The position numbers and the translations under genes were made by a program. Positions 28,453-38,951 of a DNA stretch of 39,198 bases are shown here, piece by piece. The stretch lies in sequence record SRR31156797_604; one strand, written 5' to 3'. Below the pieces are notes generated by a model. It had not been told where the DNA came from, searched no databases, and worked only from the letters and a program-made list of their open reading frames with translations. Each line of letters starts with the position of its first letter. Position 1 is the stretch's first letter.

Positions 28453-29964
28453 ATGATTGATAATAATTTACGTAAAATAATTGCAATTATTTTGTTAATT
28501 GGTTTTGTTATACTGCTAATTCCAACTCTATATGTTGCACAATACAATCATCCATGTGAGGATGATTACTCCTATGGTACTTATTCCAGCAGAACTTACA
28601 ATGAAACTAATTCAATAGTTAAAACTGTGGGTGCTGCATTTGAATCAGCAAGGGATACATATATCAGCTGGCAGGGGACATTTACAGGAGTTGTTGCAAT
28701 GTGTCTTGGACCATATGTCTTTAATATAGAATGGTATGATGCTACTACTTACATATTATTGGCATTTTTGATATGTGGAACATCCTTTTTAACATACAAA
28801 GTTTTAGTTTCATATTTAAAGGCTGATATTTGGACTTATATTATAGTAAATGTAGTTATACTAATTATTTCAATTGAATTAGTACCACATCCTACACATT
28901 CGTTTTTTTGGTATAATGGATCAATTCTTTATACTTCGTTTTATTCATTGGCTCTTATTGTATATGGATTGACTATTGGGCTGATGTTGGCTGAAAGAAA
29001 GGGTATCTGGAAGAGATATATACTCCTGATACCGTTGATAGTTGTAACTGGTTTGGGGAATACAGTTATTAGTTTAAACCTTGTTGTAATTATGACGTTA
29101 TTAATGGGATTATTGTATATACGAAAGAATAAAAAATATATGCTCATTCTGCCATTATGGATTCTTGCAATAGCAATGCTGGCTGCTGTAATATTTGCAC
29201 CAGGCAGCATTCACAGACAAGCCGAAAATGCCAGCACATCAATTACTGCAATTGATGCAATTATTAAATCATTTGCTCATGGATTCAATATGGTTTTTAA
29301 ATCTAATGCAGACACATACAATGAAACATTTGTATGGCTGGGAGCATTAGCGTTAGTACCTTTCGTTTTTAAATATATTAATATGAAGGATTATGAATTT
29401 AAGTATCCATGGCTGGTCATGATTATTTCTTTTTGTATACTGTCTTCTATGTTTACTCCTCCTATATATGTTTTTGGTAAGGTTTCAAATGTTAAAAGGA
29501 TTATAAACATAAATTTCTTTGCAAGTGTATTGCTGATTTTCTTTAATATCTTCTATCTTGTAGGTTACTTTAATAAATTGTTTAGTGGTGATTTAAGCAA
29601 ATTCATACAAAACAAAGCTGTAACTGCAAAAAAACTAATGATAAGTTATTATATATTAATCATTATGATTGCTGTAAGTTCACTCAGCAGCATTAATATA
29701 AGCAATAACAATCAACTCCCATTAAGTGTTAGAGCATTAAAAGTCATACTGAATGATACTGGTAAGGTTTATGATTATGAGTATCATGAGAGGCTTGACT
29801 TATTGAAGTCAGATGAGATGGACTTACTATTTGAGCCATATTCATATACTCCAGATTTACTATATTTCAATGATATAAGTGATAATCCTGAGGACTGGAC
29901 TAACGAGGTATTTGCTAAATTTTCGGGTAAAGACAGTGTAGCACTTAAACCAATAGAACAGTGA
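28453..29964 (+). CDS. Polytopic membrane protein, DUF6056-like, possible GT-C glycosyltransferase
   Basis: First TM followed by P..DDY, WQGT, FFWYNG...Y, FAPG...R motifs; many TM segments; C-terminal W.N..FA..G periplasmic-type tail. Confidence 0.55.
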   Translation: MIDNNLRKIIAIILLIGFVILLIPTLYVAQYNHPCEDDYSYGTYSSRTYNETNSIVKTVGAAFESARDTYISWQGTFTGVVAMCLGPYVFNIEWYDATTYILLAFLICGTSFLTYKVLVSYLKADIWTYIIVNVVILIISIELVPHPTHSFFWYNGSILYTSFYSLALIVYGLTIGLMLAERKGIWKRYILLIPLIVVTGLGNTVISLNLVVIMTLLMGLLYIRKNKKYMLILPLWILAIAMLAAVIFAPGSIHRQAENASTSITAIDAIIKSFAHGFNMVFKSNADTYNETFVWLGALALVPFVFKYINMKDYEFKYPWLVMIISFCILSSMFTPPIYVFGKVSNVKRIININFFASVLLIFFNIFYLVGYFNKLFSGDLSKFIQNKAVTAKKLMISYYILIIMIAVSSLSSINISNNNQLPLSVRALKVILNDTGKVYDYEYHERLDLLKSDEMDLLFEPYSYTPDLLYFNDISDNPEDWTNEVFAKFSGKDSVALKPIEQ

Positions 29965-30205
29965 AATTTAGGATGATGTAAAACTATAGTAATTATTTTA
30001 ATAATTGATGTTTTTCTGTACTGATAATTTATATTATAGAAAATTACCGATAATATCAGGTGGAATTAATGTTATGGAAAGCATTAACACAATAAAAAAG
30101 TTACGGATATGTTACAGATGTGTTGATTAGTTAATCTATATATGATATCATAATTAATATAATTATGATATTTGTAGGATATATACAAATTATTGGATGA
30201 GGCTA

Positions 30206-32344
30206 ATGAGTAGAACTTTATTAAAAACTTTATCAGTGACTTTAGTGCTATGTATATTGCTTAGTATTTTCGCACCTCTGGAATCAGTAAACGCTACTGA
30301 TTACAATATGATTAAAGTTAAGTTATCCAGCATGGGCAATGTATCATCAATCAGTATTAAGATAAATGGTTCATTCCATATCAATGAGTTGCCGAATTAT
30401 TCATTAAATAATGGCAGCTCATATACAATCAGCACATCTTCAAGCGGCATAAAAATAAGCGATGGCTCATCCAACAAATATATTGGTGCTACTGTTACAT
30501 TAGTAAATGATAATGCTGGCTCACTAGATAATTATATAACATTGAATAATACAAAATCAGGCTGGCTCAATTATCCCGGCAGCCTAATATTTATGAGAAA
30601 TGGCTCATATATTGACACAATATGTGATATAGATTTAGAAAAATATCTAATAGGTGTTGTTGCTTATGAAATGAGTCCCAGCTGGCCTATGGAAGCACTT
30701 AAGGCGCAGGCAGTTGCAGCCAGAACATATGCATGCAGGTATATAAATGAAAGCAATGTTTATGATGTAGTTGATACAACAAGTAATCAGGTATACAAAG
30801 GATATAATGCTGACAGGGACGGACAAGTGCTCTTAGCAGTAAATGCTACAAGAGGGCAGGTTTTAATGTGGGGCGATACTCTGGCAGATGGTGTGTATTC
30901 TGCAAGTAATGGTGGACAGACTATGACACGTGTACCTAAGTGGGGGACAGTAAACTATTATCATCAATTAAAAGACGATCCTTATGATAAAGCAAATTTG
31001 GCAAGTCCAAGGTTTATATTTTCATTTCCAAAAGTGGTAAGTGCTAGTAATCCTTTAGACAGCAGACTAAATAATATGATTAAAGAGCAGGCGGTAATTG
31101 CATTGGCTGCTCAAGGGATTAGTACAAATGTAAATAATATTCAGGTTGTCGGAGTTGACAGCGTTACACCTCATACATTACCTTCACCTACCGAATACGG
31201 TTCATATCCTGCTGGTTCTTATCAATTTCAGAAGGTAGATGTAATGGCTGTTGTTGATTACAGCGGTACATCTAATAGTAATACATCTCAAAGTGATACA
31301 ATGATTACAACAGGCGTTGTAAAGCTGCAGACATCCTCAAGAATGCGTATACGTTCAGGTCCGTCTACAAGCTATACGATTGCAGGATATATTAATAACG
31401 GTGAAACTCTACAAGTATATGACATCAGGAGTGATGGCTGGTTAGCAGTAAAGTATAATGGTATATCTGGCTATGTAATGCAGAAATATGTTACTCTAGC
31501 TCCATATGAAGAATCGTCCCAAGATGATGATAATAATAGTACATTGAGTGTCTCCGGTACAGTAATAGGCAGCAGTAACTATTATGCTTCTATATTTACA
31601 CAGCCTAATATTGGATCATCAGTTGTAGATGCCGTAGCTGGCGGTGCATCTGTAACAATTACTGAGTATTTATCCACTGGATGGTTGAAGGTTAATACTG
31701 GAAATAGTGAAGGCTACATTCAGGAGGGCAGTGTAAGTTACGATAAATCACAGATTGACAGCAGTATAAGCAATGCAACAGCTGAGGGGCAAAGGGTAAG
31801 CATAACTCTAGACTTTGATAAGCTTCAGGAAGCATTCGCTTCGGATAGTTCTTTTCTCAAATATCATAAAATATTAATGGTTGAGACAAGTGATTCGTCA
31901 GCTTATATCAATTTGATAGCTTCAAGATATGGACATGGTATTGGCATGAGCCAGCGTGGTGCTCAACAAATGGCAAATCTGGGAATGACTTATACTGACA
32001 TTTTAGATTTTTATTATAATGGTACGGACTTAGTTGATATTCATACTAATAATCCTGTTGCTGAACCTACCCCTGAACCTACAGTTTCGCCGACTCCGTC
32101 GCCAGAGCCTACAGCATCACCAACTCCTGTAATCACGACAACTGGTGTATTGCATATTGATACAATTTTACTAGAAATCTACAAAAGTCCTAACTACTCA
32201 TCTGCAGTAATTGGATATCTGCCCAACGAAGCTTTGGTAAATGTAATAGATGACAGAGCAGATGGCTGGGTGTATATTCAGTACAAATCAGTTTATGGAT
32301 ATATAATAGATGATTATTTGGAATTTGATGGTAATAAAGAGTAA
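30206..32344 (+). CDS. Secreted SpoIID/LytB-domain peptidoglycan hydrolase with three SH3b domains and a Pro/Thr linker
   Basis: Signal peptide; LE.YL.GVV.YEMS.SWP.EALKAQAVAARTYA, DTT..QVYKG, YSASNGG, GHG.GMSQ.GA, IL.FYY; SH3b units such as RIRSGPST.Y...G...W..V.YNG..GYV. Start 30206 (alternative 30197). Confidence 0.88.
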   Translation: MSRTLLKTLSVTLVLCILLSIFAPLESVNATDYNMIKVKLSSMGNVSSISIKINGSFHINELPNYSLNNGSSYTISTSSSGIKISDGSSNKYIGATVTLVNDNAGSLDNYITLNNTKSGWLNYPGSLIFMRNGSYIDTICDIDLEKYLIGVVAYEMSPSWPMEALKAQAVAARTYACRYINESNVYDVVDTTSNQVYKGYNADRDGQVLLAVNATRGQVLMWGDTLADGVYSASNGGQTMTRVPKWGTVNYYHQLKDDPYDKANLASPRFIFSFPKVVSASNPLDSRLNNMIKEQAVIALAAQGISTNVNNIQVVGVDSVTPHTLPSPTEYGSYPAGSYQFQKVDVMAVVDYSGTSNSNTSQSDTMITTGVVKLQTSSRMRIRSGPSTSYTIAGYINNGETLQVYDIRSDGWLAVKYNGISGYVMQKYVTLAPYEESSQDDDNNSTLSVSGTVIGSSNYYASIFTQPNIGSSVVDAVAGGASVTITEYLSTGWLKVNTGNSEGYIQEGSVSYDKSQIDSSISNATAEGQRVSITLDFDKLQEAFASDSSFLKYHKILMVETSDSSAYINLIASRYGHGIGMSQRGAQQMANLGMTYTDILDFYYNGTDLVDIHTNNPVAEPTPEPTVSPTPSPEPTASPTPVITTTGVLHIDTILLEIYKSPNYSSAVIGYLPNEALVNVIDDRADGWVYIQYKSVYGYIIDDYLEFDGNKE

Positions 32345-32491
32345 TAACTAAATTTAGGTGAAGTCATTATATTTAGTGTAATTAAGTTTGCTGTTATTAG
32401 TAATAATTCTGCTGATATACTAAATAATAATACAAATAACACAAAAATCGATAAATTTTTCACAATCCCCTAATAAAAAAGTGATAATAGC

Positions 32492-32520
32492 TTGTAACAA
32501 TAGGTTATTTTATGTATAAT
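32492..32520 (+). promoter_or_regulatory. Sigma-A promoter for gap
   Basis: TTGTAA, 17 bp spacer, TATAAT. Confidence 0.65.
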
Positions 32521-32592
32521 TAGTTTGGTTAAGGTTGTTTAAAATTAATAGTTTTTATTATTAGTTTCAATATTATTTTTATGGAGGTTTAG

Positions 32593-33609
<1,017 letters not shown>

Positions 33610-33632
33610 TAATATCAAATAACAATTGATAC

Positions 33633-33666
33633 AGAGAGGTAATCCGTAATGGTTTACCTCTTTTTT
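33633..33666 (+). terminator. Intrinsic terminator after gap
   Basis: AGAGAGGTAA...TTACCTCTTT stem followed by a T-run. Confidence 0.8.
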
Positions 33667-33682
33667 GCAAAAAGAGGTTAAT

Positions 33683-34474
33683 ATGAGTGATATAACAAGC
33701 AAGGAATTTGTTGATAAACAATATAAAGACGCATCAAAGCTGCAAATAAGAATTGATTTCTATAAAAAGAATAGTACTAACAAACAGAAATTTAGTGAAT
33801 GGCTATTTAATAATTACGAAATTAAAGATGGGGCAAGAATTCTAGAGCTAGGAAGCAGAACAGGAGAACTATGGGAGGGTAAGATTGATACACTTCCAAA
33901 AGATGTTCACATTACATTATCTGATTATTCAAATGGTATTGTTGAGGAACTAGATAATAAAATCAATTTTACTAATGTAGATATAAAGAGAATAGATATT
34001 ATGGACATACCTTATCCAGATAATACTTTTGATATAGTAATTGCTAATTATGTGTTTTTCTTTGTTACTGATTTGGATAAAGCTATCAGTGAAGTAGCCA
34101 GAGTCTTGAAATATGATGGTGTATTCTACTCAGCTACAACAGGCAAAAATGGTACACGTGAATTTATTATTAATACACTATCAGAATTTGATAGTCAGGT
34201 TAAGAAACCGCAGAAATTAAAATTTCGGATGGATAATGGTAGTGAATTTTTAGAAAAACATTTCAAAAATATTGATAGAAATATATATAGGAATGATGTT
34301 CATGTCGCTGATACAAATGATTTAATTGATTATATATATTCTTCTGGAGCATATGAAGAAATGGTAGAAAAATATTCTAAGAAAGATTTATACAATTTCT
34401 ACGAAAACAAAAAAGATAAAGATGGTGTTATTAAAATCAACATAGAAGCAGGAACATTTATTTCAAAGAAATAG
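33683..34474 (+). CDS. Class I SAM-dependent methyltransferase-fold protein
   Basis: RILELG..TG, LSD.S.G, DI..IPYPD..FD.VIAN, E..RVLK..G; start moved to ATG 33683 behind AGAGG. Confidence 0.8.
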   Translation: MSDITSKEFVDKQYKDASKLQIRIDFYKKNSTNKQKFSEWLFNNYEIKDGARILELGSRTGELWEGKIDTLPKDVHITLSDYSNGIVEELDNKINFTNVDIKRIDIMDIPYPDNTFDIVIANYVFFFVTDLDKAISEVARVLKYDGVFYSATTGKNGTREFIINTLSEFDSQVKKPQKLKFRMDNGSEFLEKHFKNIDRNIYRNDVHVADTNDLIDYIYSSGAYEEMVEKYSKKDLYNFYENKKDKDGVIKINIEAGTFISKK

Positions 34475-34540
34475 AATATATGAGGGGTATTGCAAACTAC
34501 ATATTGTTTATACTAGGACAATAGCTGGAGAATATTTATT

Positions 34541-35179
34541 ATGAACTATGCAAAGAATATTTTATTAGAAAAATTTCATATATTGGATTACATAGATGAG
34601 AAATCATTTGAGTCGCTTTACATATCTATGTACAAAGTCAGCCTAACAAAAGGTCAGATAATGCAAAGAGATAATTCTCAGTGCGAGGGTGTGCCATTTG
34701 TTGTAAGCGGAGGTTTGAAGTTATTTAAAACATCTGAAAATGGCAGAGAGATGACACTATACAGGGTGAATGAAGGGGAGATGTGCCTTTTAGCCGCTCT
34801 ATGTATATTGACTGACCGTGAATATGACTTCACTGTAATAGCTCAGGAAGATACTGATATGATTATGATTAATGCTTTTGAGTTCAAACAATTGATTACA
34901 AAGAATCCAAAGTTTAATCAATATCTGCTTACATTATTGGCAGATAAACTAATATATACTATGAGTCTACATGAAAAAATTCATCTGACAGGAGTAGATG
35001 AAAAGTTGTACAATTATTTAATGGAAAATCAAGAAAAGGGAAAAGTACAAGCTACACACAGCGAAATTGCACAGGATCTAGGAACATCTCGAGTAGTTAT
35101 ATCAAGAGCATTGGGTAAACTAAGAAAAGAAGGTATAATTGAAACATCAAGAAATTTAATAATAGTAAAAGAAGATTAA
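34541..35179 (+). CDS. Crp/Fnr-family transcriptional regulator
   Basis: cNMP-like domain (V.SG.LK.FK.SENGRE.TLY....GE.C) and C-terminal HTH TH.EIA.DLGTSR.V.SR.L. Confidence 0.92.
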   Translation: MNYAKNILLEKFHILDYIDEKSFESLYISMYKVSLTKGQIMQRDNSQCEGVPFVVSGGLKLFKTSENGREMTLYRVNEGEMCLLAALCILTDREYDFTVIAQEDTDMIMINAFEFKQLITKNPKFNQYLLTLLADKLIYTMSLHEKIHLTGVDEKLYNYLMENQEKGKVQATHSEIAQDLGTSRVVISRALGKLRKEGIIETSRNLIIVKED

Positions 35180-35185
35180 ATATTA

Positions 35186-35198
35186 GTAACATTGTTAC
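35186..35198. promoter_or_regulatory. Candidate Crp/Fnr activator site for the ferredoxin-thioredoxin operon
   Basis: Palindrome GTAAC-ATT-GTTAC centred about -41 relative to TATAAT at 35221-35226. Confidence 0.6.
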
Positions 35199-35268
35199 AG
35201 AGGGAAAATCATTTCTTAGTTATAATTGTGCCAACAAGTAAAACGAATAACTAAGGAGTGATTTTTTA

Positions 35269-35451
35269 ATGCAAATAAAGGTATCGGAGGCGAGATGTCC
35301 TCAGAACCATCAATGTCCAGCAGTTCGTGTCTGTCCGGTGGATGCAATTACACAGGATGGGTACGGTTTACCAGAAGTAGATAATGAGAAATGTGTAATG
35401 TGTAAAAGGTGTATTTACTTTTGTCCTACAGGGGCAATTCAGGCAGTATAA
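35269..35451 (+). CDS. Small 4Fe-4S ferredoxin-like protein
   Basis: CPQNH.CP...VCP..AI and CxxCxxCxxxCP motifs; AAGGAG RBS. Confidence 0.9.
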   Translation: MQIKVSEARCPQNHQCPAVRVCPVDAITQDGYGLPEVDNEKCVMCKRCIYFCPTGAIQAV

Positions 35452-35473
35452 ATAATAATTAAAGGAGTTAAAT

Positions 35474-35788
35474 ATGAAAAATATAAATATGCAAGAGTAC
35501 GAAACAGAAGTACTAAATAGCGACAAGCCAGTATTAATGGACTTTTATGCTGACTGGTGTGGTCCATGCAGGATGGTAGCACCTGTAATGCAGCAGCTTG
35601 ATACAGAATACGGCGACAAACTATCAGTAGTAAAGGTTGATGTAGACGTACAGAGAGCACTAGCAGGGCAGTTTGATGTTATGAGCATTCCAACTGTTGT
35701 ACTGATGAAAGACGGTAAAATTGTTGATAAATCAGCTGGTGCAAGACCTAAAGCATATTACAAAAAGCTAATCGACAGCGTTATCTAA
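35474..35788 (+). CDS. trxA: Thioredoxin
   Basis: DFYADWCGPC, SIPT. Confidence 0.95.
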   Translation: MKNINMQEYETEVLNSDKPVLMDFYADWCGPCRMVAPVMQQLDTEYGDKLSVVKVDVDVQRALAGQFDVMSIPTVVLMKDGKIVDKSAGARPKAYYKKLIDSVI

Positions 35789-35853
35789 TAATGCTAAAAA
35801 AATAAAAGAAACAATCATAGTTTGTTTTATTCTTCATAAATAAAATTCTTCTT

Positions 35854-35892
35854 GCCAATAATTGCAGCTTTTGCTGCAATTATTGGCTTTTT
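35854..35892 (+). terminator. Intrinsic terminator after trxA
   Basis: Perfect 15-bp stem GCCAATAATTGCAGC-TTTT-GCTGCAATTATTGGC followed by TTTTT. Confidence 0.88.
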
Positions 35893-35932
35893 ATTTTATA
35901 ATAATTACTGTATAGTTGTGTTAAAATATGCC

Positions 35933-35960
35933 TTGACAAATATACATATAAAAGTAAAAT
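35933..35960 (+). promoter_or_regulatory. Sigma-A promoter for tyrS
   Basis: TTGACA, 16 bp spacer, TAAAAT, about 35 bp before the ATG. Confidence 0.65.
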
Positions 35961-35994
35961 AGTAATGATATAAAAAAAATAAGGAAGTGATAAT

Positions 35995-37212
35995 ATGAAT
36001 GCCTTTGATGTGCTGAAAGAACGTGGCTTTATTCAACAAACAACTTACGAGGAAGACTTGTATGAAATGTTAGAAAATGAAAAAGTTTCGTTTTATGTAG
36101 GATTTGACCCAACTGCTGATAGTCTGCACATAGGTCACTATATTCCTATTATGGCAATGGCACATATGCAAAGAGCAGGTCATAAGCCGATTGCATTAGT
36201 TGGCGGTGGTACTGTTATGGTAGGTGACCCAACAGGGAAGACTGATATGCGAAAAATGCTCACAAAGGAACAGATAGCAGATAATGTAGTTAAAATTAAA
36301 GCTCAATTGTCCAGATTTATGGACTTTAGTGATGATAAAGCTATGCTTATAAACAATGCAGATTGGTTGCTGAACCTAAACTATGTAGATTTTCTTCGTG
36401 ATGTGGGAGTTCATTTTAGTGTAAACAGAATGCTTACTGCTGACTGCTATAAATCAAGAATGGAAAAGGGATTATCTTTCCTTGAATTTAACTATATGCT
36501 TATGCAGGGATATGACTTTCTGTATTTGAATCAACACCATGGTGTAAAGCTACAGATGGGTGGCGATGACCAATGGTCAAACATATTAGCTGGTGCAGAT
36601 CTTATAAGGCGCAAAGAAAAGACTCCAGCATTTGCTTGTACATTCCCATTGCTGTTAAACTCACAAGGTAAAAAAATGGGCAAAACGGAAGCAGGAGCTC
36701 TGTGGTTGTCTGCTGAGAAGACATCACCTTATGATTTCTATCAATACTGGCGAAATGTAGATGATGCTGATGTAGAGAAGTGCTTATCTATGCTGACATT
36801 TTTACCAATGGATGAAGTTAGAAGATTAAGCGCATTAGAAGATTCTAAGATAAATGAAGCGAAGAAAGTACTAGCTTATGAAGTGACTAAGCTAGTTCAC
36901 GGCGATGAAGAAGCAGCAAAAGCTCAGTCAGCTGCAGAAGCACTTTTTGGTGGTTCAAAGAATATGGATAATATACCTACTACTCAAATGACTGCTGCTG
37001 AGTATAACGAAAAGCCAAGATTGGTTGATGTAATGGCTCACTGCGGTATAATAGCTTCTCTTGGTGAAGGCAGACGTCTAATAAAGCAGGGTGGTGTAAG
37101 CGTTGATGGAGAAAAAGTTACCGACTTTGATTTCTCTGTAGATATTAGTCAAAAAAGTGAATTTGTAATCAAAAAAGGTAAGAAAGTCTTTCACAGAGTG
37201 CAGGTAGTTTAA
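35995..37212 (+). CDS. tyrS: Tyrosine--tRNA ligase
   Basis: [33 protein letters not shown]-terminal S4 domain. Confidence 0.98.
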   Translation: MNAFDVLKERGFIQQTTYEEDLYEMLENEKVSFYVGFDPTADSLHIGHYIPIMAMAHMQRAGHKPIALVGGGTVMVGDPTGKTDMRKMLTKEQIADNVVKIKAQLSRFMDFSDDKAMLINNADWLLNLNYVDFLRDVGVHFSVNRMLTADCYKSRMEKGLSFLEFNYMLMQGYDFLYLNQHHGVKLQMGGDDQWSNILAGADLIRRKEKTPAFACTFPLLLNSQGKKMGKTEAGALWLSAEKTSPYDFYQYWRNVDDADVEKCLSMLTFLPMDEVRRLSALEDSKINEAKKVLAYEVTKLVHGDEEAAKAQSAAEALFGGSKNMDNIPTTQMTAAEYNEKPRLVDVMAHCGIIASLGEGRRLIKQGGVSVDGEKVTDFDFSVDISQKSEFVIKKGKKVFHRVQVV

Positions 37213-37839
37213 TTGGTTAGGGAACCTATAAGCTATATTTCTTTATCAAAGATTGGTATCACAAGTGAAATTGTAATAACAAAATCAAAATTTATTGGTT
37301 ATGCGAAATCAACTTTTAGTGAAAGTGAAGCGGCAGACTTTATTGGATTGGCAGAGAGTAAGCATACAGAAGCTAGTTGTATATGTTATGCTTATCAATG
37401 CGGTTACGACAGCAATGTACAGAAATATTATGATGGTCATGAACCAATCGGAGGAAAGCCAATACTGACTACTATTAAAAACCATAATTTGATAAATACT
37501 TGTGTAGTTGTTGTAAGGTATTTCGGCGGTACTAAGCTGGGAGTAGGCGGACTTGCCAGAGCTTTTGCAAATGCTGCCAATGAAGCAATTTTATTGGCTG
37601 AACCAAAACTCTTTGAGAAGGGTAGTGAGATAAATTTCACATATAGCTATGGTCATAATGACAAGGTGCAGTATTATATCTCTAATACAGATGTAGAGAT
37701 TATAGATACTGTATACAATCAGGATGTTAATATTACTTTGCGAATAAAGGATAGCTATAAAGACAAAGTGATTACAAGGATAAATGCAATTACAAACGGC
37801 AGTTGTTTATACGAAACAGTAAGAAAATTGTATATTTAA
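37213..37839 (+). CDS. yigZ: YigZ/IMPACT-family protein with divergent motifs
   Basis: KSKFIG, G.PIL, VVVRYFGGTKLG.GGL.RA, ferredoxin-like C-terminal domain; TTG start directly after the tyrS stop is uncertain. Confidence 0.85.
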   Translation: MVREPISYISLSKIGITSEIVITKSKFIGYAKSTFSESEAADFIGLAESKHTEASCICYAYQCGYDSNVQKYYDGHEPIGGKPILTTIKNHNLINTCVVVVRYFGGTKLGVGGLARAFANAANEAILLAEPKLFEKGSEINFTYSYGHNDKVQYYISNTDVEIIDTVYNQDVNITLRIKDSYKDKVITRINAITNGSCLYETVRKLYI

Positions 37840-37863
37840 TGGTAAATGATTAGGAGAATATTA

Positions 37864-38877
37864 ATGGAAGAAAAAAAGAAAGTTGTCTTTTCCGGCATAC
37901 AGCCATCAGGTGTTCCGACAATAGGGAACTATATTGGTGCAATTAAGAACTATGTAGCATTGCAGGAAGAATACGAGTGCTTCTATTCTGTTGTTGACAT
38001 GCATGCTATTACTGTAAGACAAAACCCAGCAGAGCTTAGGAAAAATTCACGTAACTTGATTGCGTTGCTTATAGCTTGTGGAGTAGACCCTGATAAATGC
38101 ACACTATATGTACAGTCACATGTATCAGCTCATGCTGAATTATGCTGGATTTTGAACTGTTATACATATATGGGTGAATTATCCCGTATGATTCAGTTTA
38201 AGGAGAAATCAAAAGGAAAAGAGGGTAGTGTAGTTGCTGGACTGCTTGATTACCCAGTGCTGCAGATTGCAGATATTTTGATGTATCAGACAGATTTAGT
38301 ACCAATTGGTGTTGACCAGAAGCAGCATCTGGAGATTACACGAGATGTTGCAGCAAGATTTAATAATCTGTATTCTCCGACTTTTAAAGTACCAGACATT
38401 TTGATACCCAAGATTGGTGCTAAGATAATGTCAATCTCAGATCCTATAAAGAAAATGAGCAAATCAGCAGATGATGTTAATTCATTCATACTGTTGACTG
38501 ATAAACCAGAAGATATTGCAAGAAAGATAAAAAGAGCTGTAACCGACAGTGAGAATTCAATTCACTTTGACCCAGACAATAAGCCGGGTGTAAGTAATTT
38601 GATATCAATTTATTCTATTATGACAGGGAAATCTATTGAAGAATCTGTTAATGAATTGTCAAAGTTGGGCGGTTATGGTGCATTTAAATCAACCGTAGCA
38701 GATTCAATTATTGCTTTTCTTGCGCCTATTCAGGAAAAATACAATAGACTAATTGATGATAAGCAATATATAGACCAAGTTATGTATGACAATGCTGTAC
38801 ATGCCAGCAGAGTTGCGAATAAGACACTATCAAAGGTAAAAAGGAAAATTGGATTTACTCCAATGCCAAGACTATAA
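37864..38877 (+). CDS. trpS: Tryptophan--tRNA ligase
   Basis: SGIQPSG..TIGNYIGA, VP.G.DQKQHLE..RD.A.RFN, KMSKS; start ATG 37864 behind AGGAG. Confidence 0.98.
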   Translation: MEEKKKVVFSGIQPSGVPTIGNYIGAIKNYVALQEEYECFYSVVDMHAITVRQNPAELRKNSRNLIALLIACGVDPDKCTLYVQSHVSAHAELCWILNCYTYMGELSRMIQFKEKSKGKEGSVVAGLLDYPVLQIADILMYQTDLVPIGVDQKQHLEITRDVAARFNNLYSPTFKVPDILIPKIGAKIMSISDPIKKMSKSADDVNSFILLTDKPEDIARKIKRAVTDSENSIHFDPDNKPGVSNLISIYSIMTGKSIEESVNELSKLGGYGAFKSTVADSIIAFLAPIQEKYNRLIDDKQYIDQVMYDNAVHASRVANKTLSKVKRKIGFTPMPRL

Positions 38878-38896
38878 ATTAGTAGGATTTATAAAT

Positions 38897-38930
38897 AAAA
38901 AGCATTTGTATATTAAGTATAGATGCTTTT
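38897..38930 (+). terminator. Intrinsic terminator after trpS
   Basis: AAAAGCATTTGTAT / GTATAGATGCTTTT stem of 14 bp including G-U pairs. Confidence 0.7.
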
Positions 38931-38951
38931 ATAATAGATTCTGTAACGAAA

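Noticed and set aside
32059-32130. Short repeated units (GAACCTAC etc.) suggesting a tandem repeat or CRISPR
   Set aside because: They encode the in-frame Pro/Thr/Glu linker of the SpoIID protein. There is no repeat-spacer periodicity and no cas gene in the window.
32341-32420. Partial look-alikes of the thiT repeat (AGTAATAACTA, AGTAATAATTCTGCTGATAT)
   Set aside because: Only the A/T-rich half matches or an indel is needed. They are not counted as true copies, but they warn that the motif may be a dispersed low-complexity element.
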